A stretch of 64,000 nucleotides of DNA from Octopus vulgaris (taxonomy: Eukaryota): the NCBI GenBank assembly GCA_951406725.2, contig OX597831.1, positions 31,806,001-31,870,000 of the forward strand. Reading direction: 5' to 3'. Positions 25,836-40,700 of this stretch are shown in pieces. How positions within the stretch are numbered: the first letter of the stretch is position 1; each line of letters starts with the position of its first letter. A model generated the notes under the pieces. It was not told where the DNA came from, searched no databases, and saw only the letters and a program-made list of their open reading frames with translations. A program made the translations under genes and the position numbers.

Positions 25836-26065
25836 GGCGGCGAGCTGGCAGAAACGTTAGCACGCCGGGCGAAATGCGTTGCCGTATTTCGTCTGCCGTT
25901 ACGTTCCGAGTTCAAATTCCGCCAAGGTCGACTTTGCCTTTCATCCTTCCGGGGTCGATAAATTAAGTACCAGTTACGCACTGGGGTCGATGTAATCGAC
26001 TTAATCCCTTTGTCTGTCCTTGTTTGTCTCCTCTGTGTTTAGCCCCTTGTGGGTAGTAAAGAAAT
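25836..26065 (+). mobile_element. SINE family B (full length)
   Basis: Near-identical to 21225-21455. Confidence 0.9.
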
Positions 26066-26180
26066 ATATATGTGATCGCTCGACAAGCTAAATATATCAA
26101 CCAAGTCATCCTCACCACACTACCGTTCTAAATAAAAATAAATAAAAGGAAAAGAGAACAGAATAAATAATGTATTTTAA

Positions 26181-26495
26181 CAGTGCATCTCAAACTTTCT
26201 GGTGTGGGGTACCGGCAGTTTTTCTTTTCCAAGGTGCCAGGGACCGGTAATATTTCTTAGCAATATCAATTTATACAGAAAACAATATATGTTATGAATA
26301 TAATAAAAGTTGGCAATTTTTTGCATCGTATATTTATTTTGTAAACAAATAATACAATATTTCATAAGCTGATAAGTTGTTTACTGTAGTGTATAAGGCA
26401 AAATTACTGGAATTATGCTAGTTTCTTTGTTTTCTGGAAACTCGCCACGTACCGGCAGCTGATGGCTCGCGGGCCGGTCACATCGAATAGCACTG
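26181..26495. mobile_element. Older hAT (Charlie-like) MITE
   Basis: CAGTGC...GCACTG termini with repeated subterminal (T/G)ACCGG motifs; TSD not conserved. Confidence 0.5.
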
Positions 26496-26588
26496 GTCTA
26501 AAATCTCGCTGGTGGGGAATAAATGCCACGAATGGAATGTCTTTGATCACAAACCTGTTCAATAAGGGTGAGCATCAACAGTAACAAC

Positions 26589-26744
26589 CACTAGCGTAGC
26601 TAGAGTGTATGCCGCCTGGGGCGACCCTTCCGTTTGCCGCCCCGGACCCTACAAAAAACACGTATTGTCTACAGCAATAGCCTACAACAGGATGAAAAGT
26701 GCCGCCCGGGGAGGGCACCCCTCCCCCCACCAGCTACGCTAGTG
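26589..26744. mobile_element. hAT-type MITE
   Basis: 13-bp TIR CACTAGCGTAGCT / AGCTACGCTAGTG and a perfect 8-bp TSD GTAACAAC (26581-88 / 26745-52). Confidence 0.85.
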
Positions 26745-26937
26745 GTAACAACACCAACAAGAATAGCTGGAGTTAGAAGTTTAGGGTTGAAATCTCACAG
26801 CGAATTCGTTGCGGAGTGAAAAATGTTTGTTTCACAGCTAGGTCGTGTTAACTGAACGAGGATAGCAACACTGTTCTCTCTATCTCTCTGTGTTCAACGG
26901 TGCATGTAAGCTATTTGCAATGTACTAAAAAATGCTT

Positions 26938-26974
<37 letters not shown>

Positions 26975-27189
26975 TAGTTATTAGATATATTAATGCTGGA
27001 CCGAGGCTGTTAGTCAATGTTGGGCCATTATGTAAATCTATGTGCGTTGCTTTTTTAGGGGGGGGGGTAAGTAGCTCTACTGGATTTTCGACAATTTGGA
27101 AGATAGATGTACGTGGTCTCTGATGACTCCTAAGAAAACCAAACTGCCGAGAGCTTTATGGCCTAATAAAGAATTATAAGTGAAAGTAT

Positions 27190-27490
27190 AGCTATGTGGT
27201 TAAGTAACTCGTGGCATCTTGGGCAAGTGTCTTCTATCAAAGCCCTGTAAGTAGATTATGGCGACGGAAACTGAAAGAAGCCTGTCGTGTGTGTGTCTGC
27301 TTGACAACTGGTGCTGGTGTGTTTACGTCCCCGTAACTTAACAGCTCGGCAAGACACCGATAGAATAAGTATTAGGCTAAAATAAAAAAAGTCCTGGGGA
27401 CGATTTGTTTGACTAAAACCCTTCTTCAAGGCGGCGCCCCAGCATGGCCACAGTCAAATGCCTGAATCAAGTAAAAGATAAAAGATAAAT
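27190..27490 (+). mobile_element. Diverged SINE A with deletions
   Basis: CTTGGGCAAGTGTCTTCTA...GACGGAAACTGAAAGAAGCC...CCAGCATGGCCACAGTC. Confidence 0.8.
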
Positions 27491-28984
27491 TTTAACAAAA
27501 TATTCTGTCGACTCCGGTTGAGAACTGCTGATGTACGCACAAACATGTTTGTGTGCGCGCGTGTACATTCGCGCGTCGTTCCTTCAGATTTCAAAATTTC
27601 AATTAGTCGTCGCGTCCCATAGTTTCTTGTATCAAGTTTTCCTTTTTCTTCCTCGTATAACACATATTCATTCATACATGTACAGCCGTCAATGAATGTT
27701 ACAAAATTCTTCAGCTACCAACAACAAAAACAACCGAACTGAAGCCATAAAAAGTATTTCCAAAACCTACAATTACAGATTTCAGAAATACACCACATGG
27801 TTCTGCTTTAAGAAGACTATTAACACACACAAATCTTATTTCCTCTTTCTCTCTTTCTCTCTCCCTTATTATCATTATCTTTCTGTTTCTCTCTCCCTTT
27901 CGTCCTCCTCCTCCACCTCATTATCATCACTACCATCAACACCTTTACCTGCCGTGCTAATCAACCTAGTATTTTTTCAGGATGGTTAGGGAAAAAACCA
28001 CGCGGGTACGTAGTTGGGTTATGACTGGGTGGATTTCGTGGGTGTGACGTATATGTGATAATGATAACCGTTCTGCCAGAGTGAGAATGCGATGAAAGCG
28101 GGGCGTGGTGGTGGTGGTGGTGGGGTAAAGTAATAATTGTGATGACGTCAGAGTAATATTGAAGCTACGTGAAGGAACCAGAAGCACAACAGCAGCAACA
28201 GTAAGAACAATAATAATCCTTTCTAGTAAAGGCACAAGGCCTGAAATTTTGGAGGAGGGGCAGTCGATTAGATCGACCCAGTACGCTACAGGTACTTAAT
28301 TTATCGACTACGAAAGGATGAAAGGCAAAGTCGAGCTCGGAGCAATAATAATAATAATAACCCTTTCTACTGTAAGCACAAGGTATGAAATTTTGGGGAA
28401 GGGGACTAGTCGATCACGTCGACCCCAGTGTTTGACTGGTACTTAATTTATAGACCCTGAAAGGATGAAAGGCAAAGTCAGTGGAATTTGAATTCAGGAT
28501 ATAAAGAGCCGAAAGAAATAATAATGCTTTCTTAGGGTGATAAAGAATTATATCACGGGATTAGATAAAAAAACATGCAAAATAATTTAGAAATGATAAA
28601 ATCGAAAACATATTTAAAAATGTAGAGAAAAATTCTCGAAAAGAGTGGAAACCTTCAAAGATTTCTTGTGGAAACCCCACAAAACATAATTCTCAGGCAA
28701 AATCTATGCGACAGAATGTATGAAAAGATTGTGTCTTTTGAATTACGAATACAATCCACCTACTAGGCTTCAATGCAGTTTCCATCAACCCAATTTCACT
28801 CACAAGGTGTGGACCGCCCCCAGGTTCTGGAAAATGACGCTTGTCTAAGATTCCACGCCGTGGGGTTGAACCCGGCATCTCGCAGTCGAGATATATTTTT
28901 AACAGAAAACCATAATATAACATTTACTGACATTATGAATTATTTAGTCACATGAGCGCCATTTCGACAGATAACTTCAAAAAC

Positions 28985-29750
28985 CCTATTAGTCATGGAA
29001 TCTGTCAATTTCTTAATAGTACCAGGTTGGACTGCATCTGCTGCAGTTTTGATGGTCGCCCATAAGACATCTTTCGACGTAAATTGGCGTCCTCGGGCAT
29101 AAACATCTTGTTTAATGATGGATCAAAGACCTTCAATAGGATTGAGATATGAAGATGCTTGCGGCCTTACCATCAACTTTTCACCTTGTAGAATGTTTGG
29201 GTGGTCCTAGAAGAGTGGGAGGGGGTGTTCTCAAGCACGAATACGAGATTCCTTAGAAGTGACAGCAGTATGTCATCTAGCCTGGGATCCATCCAAGACC
29301 TCCTTCAGGAGATTGCGTGACTGGGCCAACAAGTATGTCCCTAATGATACCGGCTCACAACATGACTCCTCCACCCTGTTGTTGACGTCGTAAATGTTGG
29401 TGACGCTCATCGCCAAAACAGACCGAACCATTTGCCCAACCGTCAAGGGTCGCCCTGATTTCCTCAGTGAACAGAACACAGCCCATGTCTAACGTTATGT
29501 ACTTTTGGGCCCATTGAAGCCTCAAACTCCTGTGGAGAGACAGTATCAGAGGTTCACGCACGGAAGCCATGGTTCCGAGGATGCGGTTTCTGATGGTTTT
29601 CGGCACATGAAGAAATCCGTAGGCTGTGAAAATGGTTTTGCATGTTTGTCCATGTTTCCCACGTAACTTGCTGCCAATATTCCTTAAATCCCAACTGTCA
29701 CAGTCTTGGAGGTCCCACAATCGGATCGTTTCTTCCTTGGCGCTCATGTG
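28985..29750 (-). mobile_element. Tc1-like transposase pseudogene
   Basis: PL...HRSLRLQWAQKY...VLFTEEIRATLDG...RRQQQGGGVML and PQASSYLNPIEGL*SIIKQ (degenerate FTDE and SPDLNPIE motifs). Confidence 0.85.
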
Positions 29751-30209
29751 GCTAAATAATTCATTATGTCAATAAATATTATATTATTATGGGTTTCTGT
29801 TCAATATATTCTCAACGTATGCTTAATATCTATCATTACCCTTCATTTTCTCAATAAAAAATGTCTAGATGGGCTATTTTCATTCAAAAGCTATTAACAT
29901 ATTTCACCCCAAAACCGAAGAATCTGAAATAAAAAAGGAAGAACGTTACACAGAATAATGAAAACATAACAATGGTGTTGCCATAGTGTGCAAACCAGCT
30001 GGGAAAAGTTTTTATCAAAATCGATTCAGAGAAAACCAAGAAATCCTTAATTTCACTCCTAAGCTATTAGCGTGGTTCTGGGTGAGCATTTAAAAAGAGG
30101 CAAGTGATGACGATTTGTCACTCATGTAGAGGAGAAACGGTTACAGCTTCATCCATAGCTATCTAACCACCTAACTATATGCATACACAGGTATTTATTT
30201 TATTGGTAC

Positions 30210-30515
30210 TCCGTCGTTTACGACGAGTGTTCCAGTTACTTCCATCAAAGGAAACAATTAACGTGCAAGTGGCTGAGCACTCCACAGATAAACGTACCCT
30301 TAACATAGATAGTTACCAGGGAGATTCAGTGTGACACAGGATGTGATAAGGCTGGACATTTGAATTACAGGTACAACTCATTTTTACCAGCTGAGTGGAG
30401 TGGAGCAACATGAAAGAAAGTGTTTTGCGCAAGGAGACAACGCGTCGCCAGTATCGAACTCACGTATTTACGATCGTGAGCCGAATGCACTAACCACTGA
30501 GCCACGTGCCTTCAC
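30210..30515 (-). mobile_element. tRNA-derived SINE, third family
   Basis: Minus strand GTGAAGGCACGTGGCTCAGTGGTTAG (A box)...GAGTTCGATACT (B box)...CCACTCAGCTGGTAAAAATGAG; related remnant at ~56680-56835. Confidence 0.75.
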
Positions 30516-32453
30516 GCAGCCGTACATCGGAGAAAGATGGAGGACGCGACAGTAAACGACCCGTGGACACATCGACGGCTCTAATCACTGCCACCTGCTC
30601 TGAAATGGCCCAGTCCATCTAGCCTCAAGCAGATACTATAATGTAGGAACAACTCGCCACTAATAACCCTCGTTACGGTACAATAGGAATGGTATGTTAG
30701 CTTGGAGCATTGAATTCAACTCTCATATATCTGAAGCAGCAACACCAATACTTACCCACAAACTGAAATCATTCAAACGTCTTCATTCTGCCTTTCGACC
30801 AGACTCGGGACTATCTGACGACACGCATACGTACACAAGACAAACGACAAACAGGTACACACACACACACCAAACTGATCTAACTAATGTATACGTTTAT
30901 AGAGCAGTATTTAATTCCGTCTCTCTATGCTCTGAGTTTGAATCTCGCCAATGAGAGCTTGTCTCTCAAGCTCTCTATCTTTCTAGTCAATAAAATAAAC
31001 GTCGTTTACATACGAGTGTCGATATAATCGCATGTTCTCCCCATTCACCCAAGGCTCGTTAAAAACGCTTATTACGCGTGGGGAGAGGGGAGTTGGGGGT
31101 TGACCATGAATGAACGGATCGGAGGAGTGCTGAAACGAAAAGGGGCTGTTTAGTCAGGTTCCTTTATAGTCTGAATTTAAATCCTGTCGAAGTCTTTGTT
31201 ATCTTATCCTTTCCAGATTGACAAAAATAACCAGTCACGTACTGGATTAAGATAATCTTGACTTTGTGCTTATCTCAGGAATCATTGTTACTCGTATTTA
31301 TTGCTTACCACCCAACACATACACAATCGCCGCTAACAGAATAGATTCTGCGTAAACCCCTTCCATACCGATTTGTAATTTGCCCTTTTAATTTGTCCCC
31401 TCACCAGTCACCCTTATGGCAAAATAAATTTACTGTTGTGGCGAGTTGGTAGAATAGTTAGAGCGTCGGGGGAAAAAAGCTTTACAATGTTTCTTCCGAT
31501 TTACATTCTGAGTTCGGATCCTTTCAGTTTCGCTGCCAAGTTTCGAAAATTCAAAGTTTATTGAAAATTTTAAAATTTAGTACACTAATGTAGCTTTCCA
31601 AACTGAATCTCAGGAGATATTCCCCACCCCCACCATTTTAAAAAAAATTATAGAGGTTTAAAGTTTGATCATTTTCACCCAATCAGAAAACAGGATTTGA
31701 AAGCTGTTCGTGACAGCACGTGTTATTAACTGTAAACAAATGAAATACAGGCGAAGTTCTGCTTTTACGCACGCCATATAACTCCTCATAACTTTTTTAT
31801 TTTTTAGAGTTTTCAGAAACTTCTTGCAAATTTGTATTCTATACACGAGAATTCATACGATTATGCAAAAAAAAAAAAAGTGAGTGTCTATTCAAAGCCT
31901 ATTTAGCTGTTATTCTTAGCACTTCTCAACACAAGCTCAATGAATAGAATATATTTGTCAACACGTGCTTCCTCGCAGAGTTCTCGTGCTTGACTTGTTA
32001 CTATGAAAACAAGCATGAATGTGTCCGTAGATTACGATTGACTAGAATTTCACAAAATTTGCAAATTTTAAAATCTATTAACTCTTTATTTATTGATTTA
32101 TGGCGAAAATGAATTTCAAGGCATTGATTAGCATTAAAAAAAAAACAAAAAAAAAAACTATATCATTACACCGAATATGAAATCACTACGAACAGAAATT
32201 GAAGAGATTGAACATTGGCAGTCAAACAGAAAAGATCCGTGAGTTCAAATCTCGCTGAAATCAACTTTGCCTTTCATTCGTCCCGGGTCGATAAAGTAAA
32301 GTACCAGTCATGTACTCTCAAATATGCTGATCCTGTGTCTCAACCAGAAATCATTATTATTGTAGACTGGTCAGGTATGGGGGTACTAATTCGGTAACTT
32401 CACCTACAGCCTTCATTTGCTGTATCTTGGCGTAAACATCTTGTAGTAGCAGT

Positions 32454-32491
<38 letters not shown>

Positions 32492-34720
32492 CCAATTTTT
32501 TTTGAATCCTAGCGATGACATTTCAAAGACACTGATAGCATTTTATTACGGAAGTATACTGTATAAGGTGCGTTACATGTTGCAGAAGTACGTACACCAG
32601 TTAGCTCATACTTTTAGGAAGCTGTGATGAATTGGACGGGAAATAGGAGGAATTCTAGCACAAGAAAGTTGGCTTGGTTTGGCTTGGCTTGATTCACTTT
32701 CCATCCGCTTGTTAACCTACCCCTACATCCACTACCCCCATCAGTTCTCTCACACCCATCAACTTCTTCCTCTCTCATTCACACACACACACACATATAT
32801 GAGGGGGTGGGGCATCTCTTTATTCATCTCTTGTCTTATCCTTTCACACGTTCACAGAAATAAATTACATCTATATAAAGACTTCCCGTTATAATTGCGG
32901 AATGTTATTCCACGGCAGATGATACATACATACGATCTCTAAATAGTCTGAGCAAATTGAACAAAGGTCACAAAATCTTGGAATCGGAGAATTGCGAAGA
33001 AAAATAGATTCGATCGATCGAACTCACCACTGTGCAAAAGCAACAAAAACACGAGTTTTCTTCGCATCACCACTACCATCATCATCATCATTATTACCAC
33101 CACCACCACCACCGTCATCATCCATTAGTTTTGATCTCGTTAACACAGGATATATGTACCATTCCTATATTCTTCAAGATCTTACGATTCTAGCCGATAT
33201 GAAGAAATATTCTGTTTAACGTATTCTATTCAAGATGGCAGGAATTCAAATTCTCGGGCAGACATTTTGTTGCGTTTCTGAACAGTTGTATAATTTAATC
33301 TACTTTAACCCCTGTCCATTTAGTTGCCTGGTTGGAATACTAGACAGCAGATCATACACTGCAATCACTGGAACATTGACGAACTGTTTTCTGTCTTTGA
33401 CACTTCCATTGCAACTGTTACGGTCGATGCTCCTGTAGACAACATAACCAGTCTACCACCCGAGTTCAGTCAAAACAACGAAGGGGCCTCTAGTAGTAGT
33501 AGTAGTAGTAGTAGCCAAATTTTTTAAATCCTAGCGATCTGCTAGATATAATAGCTAAATGTTCTCCGAATCACATACCAGAGTCTTAAAGAACAGATTG
33601 GATAAAGTAATTATATCAAAATAAGACATGACGATCACGACTGGAACGCTTACGATCATGGTTTTAGCTCAATCAGGATAGATTTGGTTGGTGGTGGTGG
33701 TGGTGGTGGTGGGGTGGAGTCTTTTGTTATCGCTACGGAATCTCATTCTGCAGATCCAACGAAAGACACTTAGCCAAACCTTTTTCTCATTTCTGCCTGC
33801 GTCACCCGACCCCAAACAGCAAATCCACACAAGTATCAATGACACTGGTTTGGGAACGTCTACAAAGGTCATGGCATTTCACTAGTTTAGGAAGATCTAC
33901 AAAGGTCATGGGATGTGCCCTTTTTTTTACCCCGCTATTTAAATAACAACAACAACACAACTGTATGCTTTAATAAAAGAAAAACGGTATTAGATTCAAA
34001 CTGTAATTTGTTACATCACTCCGTGGTACCTAATTACAGCCAAATCGACTGTTATTACAAAAAAAAAATGAATATTAAACAAAGACTGACAGGAAGCGAC
34101 TTCACGTCTGATACCTTAAGCCATTCGGTTGCACACACTACCTGTAATTGATTCATTCCAATGTATACCTTCGTTTCTGATGCTGTTAACTCTCTGTCAT
34201 TCTATCTTCTACCATTTCTAAATGTCGTCATAATCGATTTATGGACCTTCGGTTAGTTATCGATCTACTGGTACATTAGTAGTTGATCGAACATATATAT
34301 GGCATCGTAGGCGATGCCCCAGAAGTGAAAGAGCAAATAACGTGAAGTGAAGACACGGGTGATTTGAGAGACATTTTTTGTGCACAGAGGTGGCCGGGGA
34401 GGTTTGCGGGTAAGTGAGTGTCCCCGAGTCTCAATTTCTAGTCTGCCAAAAGAATTTTACAACGTATCTTTATCTAACCAGCACTTCTGTTTGACCGAAT
34501 ACATAGGATCTAGAATATTAACCACGCCGAGGTCAACTTTGCCTTTCATCCTTTCGGAGTTGATTAAATAAGTACCAGTTACGCACTGGAATCGATGTAA
34601 TGGACTTAATCCCTTTGTCTGTCTTTGTTTGTCCTCTCTATGTTTAGCCCCCTGTGGGCAATAAAGAAATAAATTTTAACCGCGTTGCACACCGAGTTAT
34701 TTATTTCTTGACTGTATATT

Positions 34721-35130
34721 AGGCGCAGGAGTGGCTGTGTGGTAAGTAGCTTGCTAACCAACCACATGGTACCGGGTTCAGTCCCACTGCGTGGCATCTT
34801 GGGCAAGTGTCTTCTACTATAGCCCCGGGCGGACCAATGCCTTGTGAGTGGATTTGGTAGACGGAAACTGAAAGAAGCCTGTCGTATATATGTATATATA
34901 TATATATATAAGTGTGTGTGTATATGTTTGTGTGTCTGTGTTTGTCCCCCTAGCATTGCTTGACAACCGATGTTGGTGTGTTTACGTCCCCGTCACTTAG
35001 CGGTTCGGCAAAAGAGACCGATAGAATAAGTACTGGGCTTACAAAGAATAAGTCCCGGGGTCGATTTGCTCGACTAAAGGTGGTGCTCCAGCATGGCCGC
35101 AGTCAAATGACTGAAACAAGTAAAAGAGTA
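34721..35130 (+). mobile_element. SINE family A (full length)
   Basis: Same consensus. Confidence 0.92.
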
Positions 35131-36653
35131 TATTAGTCGACATACAACATATATGAAACAATATGAAACAAACACCCACCAAATAGTCACTAGTTTGTAT
35201 AGGAAGCTGTGGTAGGAGACGAGACTATCTACTCTCTAACAAAGAACTTTGATAGAAAAGTTAGTACTTTCATCTCAGTTCGGCAACTGCAATACGTGCA
35301 CATACACACACAGTTATCTGCATACGCATAAGTACTTAAATGTTCACACACACCCACATACGCCCATCTACATATACGTATAGCCACATATGAAGAAAAT
35401 GGGTTTTATAACTAAGACACGCAACACATATATATTTAGCCTAATTAACAATTGAGCCCTAACTCAGCCACCAGCATATTTTGTCCCTTAGTTTCCGGTA
35501 TCTTTTTATTAGTTCATTCATCATACACCTTTAATGCACGCACGCGCACACACACACACATATATGCGCGCGCATTTCCTTGTTAAACCTACGATCTATT
35601 TATATAAATACCTACAAGCCAATTAACCATTTAGAACTAGTCTACCTGCTTATACATAAATAATGTGTGTGTATATAGCAAGCAGGTATGCATACACACA
35701 CACACACACACATATATATACACATACACATACATACATACATCAATAAATACGCACACACACACATACACCATTATCAGCTTTGAGCCAGCTGTTTAAG
35801 GGTTCGTCTATAGATTTCAGTAAAGAGGTAGACGTAGGTGGGGGTCGGGGTGAGGATGAGAGGGTGCCAACGGCGGCGGCGGCGACGACGGTGATGGTGG
35901 TTGGAAGAGTGTATGTTTGTTTATAACACATCTTGGTTTTCTTTCTACCCACTAATCAAGATTACCGAGGCCATCTCATGTGTGTGTGTGTGTGTGTGTG
36001 TCTAGCTTTCCAGCTTCCCCCAACTCTCCCGTCCGTCCGTCTGTTCAAACCCATGGGAGCCGCTGGATGTCATATGTGTGTGTGTGTCTAAACGTTTGTT
36101 TCTAAACGGAACCAAGGTCACACCCTACTCCCCCCCACACACTGTCAGTTAACTTCAATTATCGGCTCTCTTAGTCGCTCCCTATGGTTGTCTCGATAAC
36201 TTTTTTACAAAATACCACCAATCCGCTCTCCCTTCTCTTTCTCTCTCTCTCTCTCACTCACACACACACACACACACACACACAATTGGAATAGACAGTA
36301 GATATCCACCCCCCACCACCACCATACCCCTCTACTTAGCCCTTCAATTTCAGGGATGTTTTACTCCCACTTTCTGTACTTAGTTTGTACGTAGGATAGA
36401 TTTCCTGCTTATGCTTTCGTTGTCGTTGTTGTTGTTGTTGTTATTGGCAACGATGGCGGCAGTGAAATTGGTATGGAATTTGGTGGTGGTGGTGGTGGCA
36501 GCGGTGATAGTCAAGAGGGTAGCGTCGGCGTTGGAAGTGGTGCGGAGGGCAGCGGTGATGGGAACTGGATCTATCCTATTACACGGCACTATCTTTATGG
36601 TGTGTGAATGGATAACATTTCACTTATTAATGTTCGGGAGTAACTGAACTTAC

Positions 36654-36690
<37 letters not shown>

Positions 36691-37019
36691 TACATTCATA
36701 CTTCCGTATGAATGTGTACGTATAGTCTACCTCTTGCGTCTGTGTGTGTGTGTGTTTTTGAGCGCGTGAATGTGCAAGTAGGAGAGAGAGAGAGAGAGAA
36801 AGTGGGGGTTATGTTGTAACACCACACAGCGTATAAATGCCCTCTTATAAGGATATAGATTTCTGGATCTAAAATGATTCTGATTTTATGACTCCTAACA
36901 GAAAACCTGCTGGTTTATGTATCGTTAAGAGGAGTCTTCCACGCAGTCGCTCGACCTATTAGATACAGCGGTCGAATCACCTTTCACATCGCATTCGAAC
37001 ACACACCTTAACATCTTGG

Positions 37020-37219
37020 GACGGGGAGCTGAAAAAGAGGTAATTTCTACTCTACTCGCAATACCAGAGGGCGCACACTCTCCCACCCTGATGTAATCTC
37101 CAGGGATACAGGCATCCAGCAACAGGACCTCCGTCATGCCATGATGGACCGTGAAGTCTGGCGTAGCATGGTAAATTCCATTGTCTCGACCACGGTCGAA
37201 CAATGATGATGATGATGAT
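37020..37219 (+). mobile_element. 3' end of an RTE-clade LINE
   Basis: RGRTLSHPDVISRDTGIQQQDLRHAMMDREVWRSMVNSIVSTTVEQ* followed by a (TGA)n tail. Confidence 0.75.
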
Positions 37220-37356
37220 GGGACGGGGAAATGTCTAAGAGTTAAAAAAAAAAAGCAGAAACGGTTGGAATGTATTTGGTCATGCCTGGTCGATAACACT
37301 GGTCCAGCACATCATTTCGACGAGTCAGATATACATAAATGCATATTATATATATT

Positions 37357-37710
37357 CTTTTATTTGTTTCAGTCTACGGTCATGCCGGAGCATAGCATTT
37401 AGTCGAACAAATCGACCCCAGGACTTATTCTTTGTAAGCCTAGTACTTATTTTATTGGTTTCTTTTGCCGGACCGATAAGATACGGGAACATAAAAACAC
37501 ACCAACATCGGTTGTGAAGCGATGGTGGGAGGGAAAACACCCACCCACACGACGAGCTTCTATCAGTTTCCGTCTACCAAATCCACTCACAAGGCTTTGG
37601 TCGGCCAGAGACTATGGTAGAAGACACTTGCCCAAGGTGCCACGCAGTGGGACTGAACCCGGAACCATGTGGTTGGTAAGAAAGCTACTTACACAGTCAC
37701 TCCTGCGCGC
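37357..37710 (-). mobile_element. SINE family A
   Basis: Same consensus, reverse strand. Confidence 0.85.
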
Positions 37711-37712
37711 GT

Positions 37713-37752
<40 letters not shown>

Positions 37753-40700
37753 CTTCTTGTGTGAGAGCATGAGTATATACGCACACATTCCCCCCACCCC
37801 ACCCCCCAATAAGTGTTGCCACATTGCCAGCGGTTTACGGACGTCACGTCTCCTGTAACCGTTGGTCAGAACACGCAAGCAAAGATGATAACACTTGAGG
37901 GAGTATTATGAAGCTGAGTGGGCAGGGAAACTAATGGTACACACTTTCTGAAGAGTCGTCACACGGCCACAAAACGTCAAGATAACCTTTTGTTTTTTTT
38001 TAGGGTATAAAGCAAATCTACAATTTATAATCAATATAATGTGGACAATTGGCAGAATCGTTGGAGCCTTTGGTTAAATTGTTTTTGGGCAACCATTGCA
38101 GCTCTCTGTTCTGAGGTCGACTTTGGTCAAGATGTCGCACAATGAGACAGAACCTAAAACCATGTGGTTGGGAAGTGAACCTCTTAACCATACAGCCGCA
38201 TGTGTGTGTGTGTGTGGGGGGGGTTATTCAGACATGATCAAATGCTTCAGTCGTGATTATCTCCTCTTTTATTCAAACCCAGTGTATCTAGGACTACATC
38301 ATTAATTGTATGCTTTCTTTTTTAAAGACTGCAGGGTGTGATTTCAAAGTGATCTTGTTGCTATTTTCAGCATGTTCATCAACTACATAGAAGCCCACCC
38401 TCCATTGTGCCTCTGTGTGTGTGCATGTGTGTGTAATGACACAGTGTTCTAGGAGTAGCTCAGGCTTTAATGCAATGTGGTCCAAGTAGAGTTCCATCCA
38501 CCTTTGTTATCTACAATCTTGAGTAGATGTCAAGTGAGAACTCGTTTAATGAAACTCTCCACACAAATCTATCTGAAAATATCAAGTAATTATGTCAACA
38601 GCCTTCACTATCCTTTTCAAAAGTATTACATCATGTCCTTAAGACAAGTGGACTTTTCTTGCTAAGAGACCATCAAATATATGTATGTATAAATATGTAT
38701 ATATTAATTTTTATAAGCAAAATTTGATACAGCTGCAAATTAATTATATTAAAAAAAGCCAATTAGACAAAGACCTTAGGGAAGGAAGTGTGTTGTGTTC
38801 AGTGCTTTTCACTGATTTCAGCTTTTCAAGCACACGTGTTGTAATGTAGAGGTTGTTTTTTCTTGCAGTGGTGGTGAATGTTTCCATAAGGTTGCGTTTT
38901 TGTCTCTTTTTAAGGATTTTTATGTAATTAATTTTTTTTAATTCATGAAAATCTTTCTTCATATGTGTGTGTGTCTGTGTCTGCCTCTGTGTGTGTGTGG
39001 CTGCCTGTGTGTGTGTGTGTGTGTTAGAGATAACTGAATCTCTTTCGAATCCCAACCAACTGCCTTAGAAAAGGAAGGATGATATGGTCCTAGACATACT
39101 GATTAAAAGACAGGATGACCACCTTTGACCAGAGGTCAGATGAATCAGGACCAACCTAGCACTAAACAACAACATGATTCATCAGTAGTGCTCCAGCCTG
39201 GCCTTGACTGTGAGAGCCAAAAAGCTCTATATTTTGGGAGTCACTAGTTGTGTAGTTTCTCATATATAACAAGTCACCTATAATATGGGGCCCTTTTCGA
39301 GACTAACGTCTACAGATTTGGTGTTGATAACAATCTAGACTTTCCAACTAGAATTGAATGAAGGTCCCGGTGGAATCAGAATATATAGTAAATTGTCTGT
39401 GAAATTTACAAAGTATAAAATATCAGTTAATGGCCAATAGTTGGCACTTAAAAGTTAGCTATCATGATATGTATGGGTGGAGCATCACGTTTCTTTGAAC
39501 AAGCATCTCATTTACCTTTGTATCTAAGTTGTAATTAGTTTTTTGTAACAAAGGAGAATAGTGGCTTCTTTTACGGTAATTAAAACTAGTTATGTCTAAA
39601 CCCCTAAAACTGCACCATCAGGCTAGATGTGTATGATCTCTTTCAAGGTTTTTAAACCTCAAATTATTTTTAGATATTTAAAACCATATTTTTTAATAAT
39701 GTATTTCTTTGTCTATTGCTTAGACCAGAGGATAATTAATTCCAGTAATCTACATAAACTTGTAGAATTTGGCTAGAAAAGTACATGTCATTGTGACTGT
39801 ACAAAAACTAAATGAGCACACACTTTGTTTGGTAAATTAGTTGGTTCTAGGAATTCTAATCTCCTTTTAAGAGCAATACACACAATGAATATTGTTGCTT
39901 TTAATTGAAATAAAATATATAATACTTAACCCTTTTGATGCCAACCTCTCTGTTTAACAGTTTAAACAAACTCTAATTATTATATAATTGATAATAAAGC
40001 GATCAGCTTGCAAAATCATTAGCACACGAGGCCAAAATACTTAGCGGCATTTTGTCCATCTTTGCATTCTGAATTCCAATGGCACCACGGTCATCTCTGC
40101 TTTTCATCCTTTTGGGGTTGATATAATCGACTACCCACTTTTCGCAAAATTTCAAGAATTATCAGATAACTAATATTATCAGATAACTAATATTGTGAGA
40201 ATTATCAGATAGCTAATATTGTGAGATTTAGTTGCTCACCACCAGTGTGTGTGTGTGTGTGTGTGACTGATAAAACTAAGGCAGTGAATCAAGTGGTTTA
40301 TGCAGCAGGATGTATATATCATCATCATCATTGTCCATGCTGGCATGGGATTGAACAGTTTGACCAGAGCTGGCAAGCTGGAGAGCTGTACCAGGCTCCA
40401 GTTGTCTGATTTGGCATGGTTTCTACAGCTGGATGCCCTTCCTAATGCCAACCACTTTACTGAATGTGCTGGATGCCTTTTACATGGAACCAGCAAACAG
40501 TGTTTTTGCATGGCATCAGCACAGAACTCTTGCAAATATTTATCTTTTACCTGTTTCAGTCAATTGACTGCAGCCATGCTGGAGCACAACCTAGAAGGAT
40601 CTAGTTAAACAAATTGACTACAGAACTTTTTTTTAAAGCCTGATGCTTACTCTATCAGTCCATTTTTGCCGAGCTGCTAAGTTATGGGGATGTAAATAAA

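Noticed and set aside
40159-40229. Three copies of ATTATCAGATA(A/G)CTAATATT
   Set aside because: Simple local tandem duplication; no unique spacers or cas genes, so not CRISPR-like.
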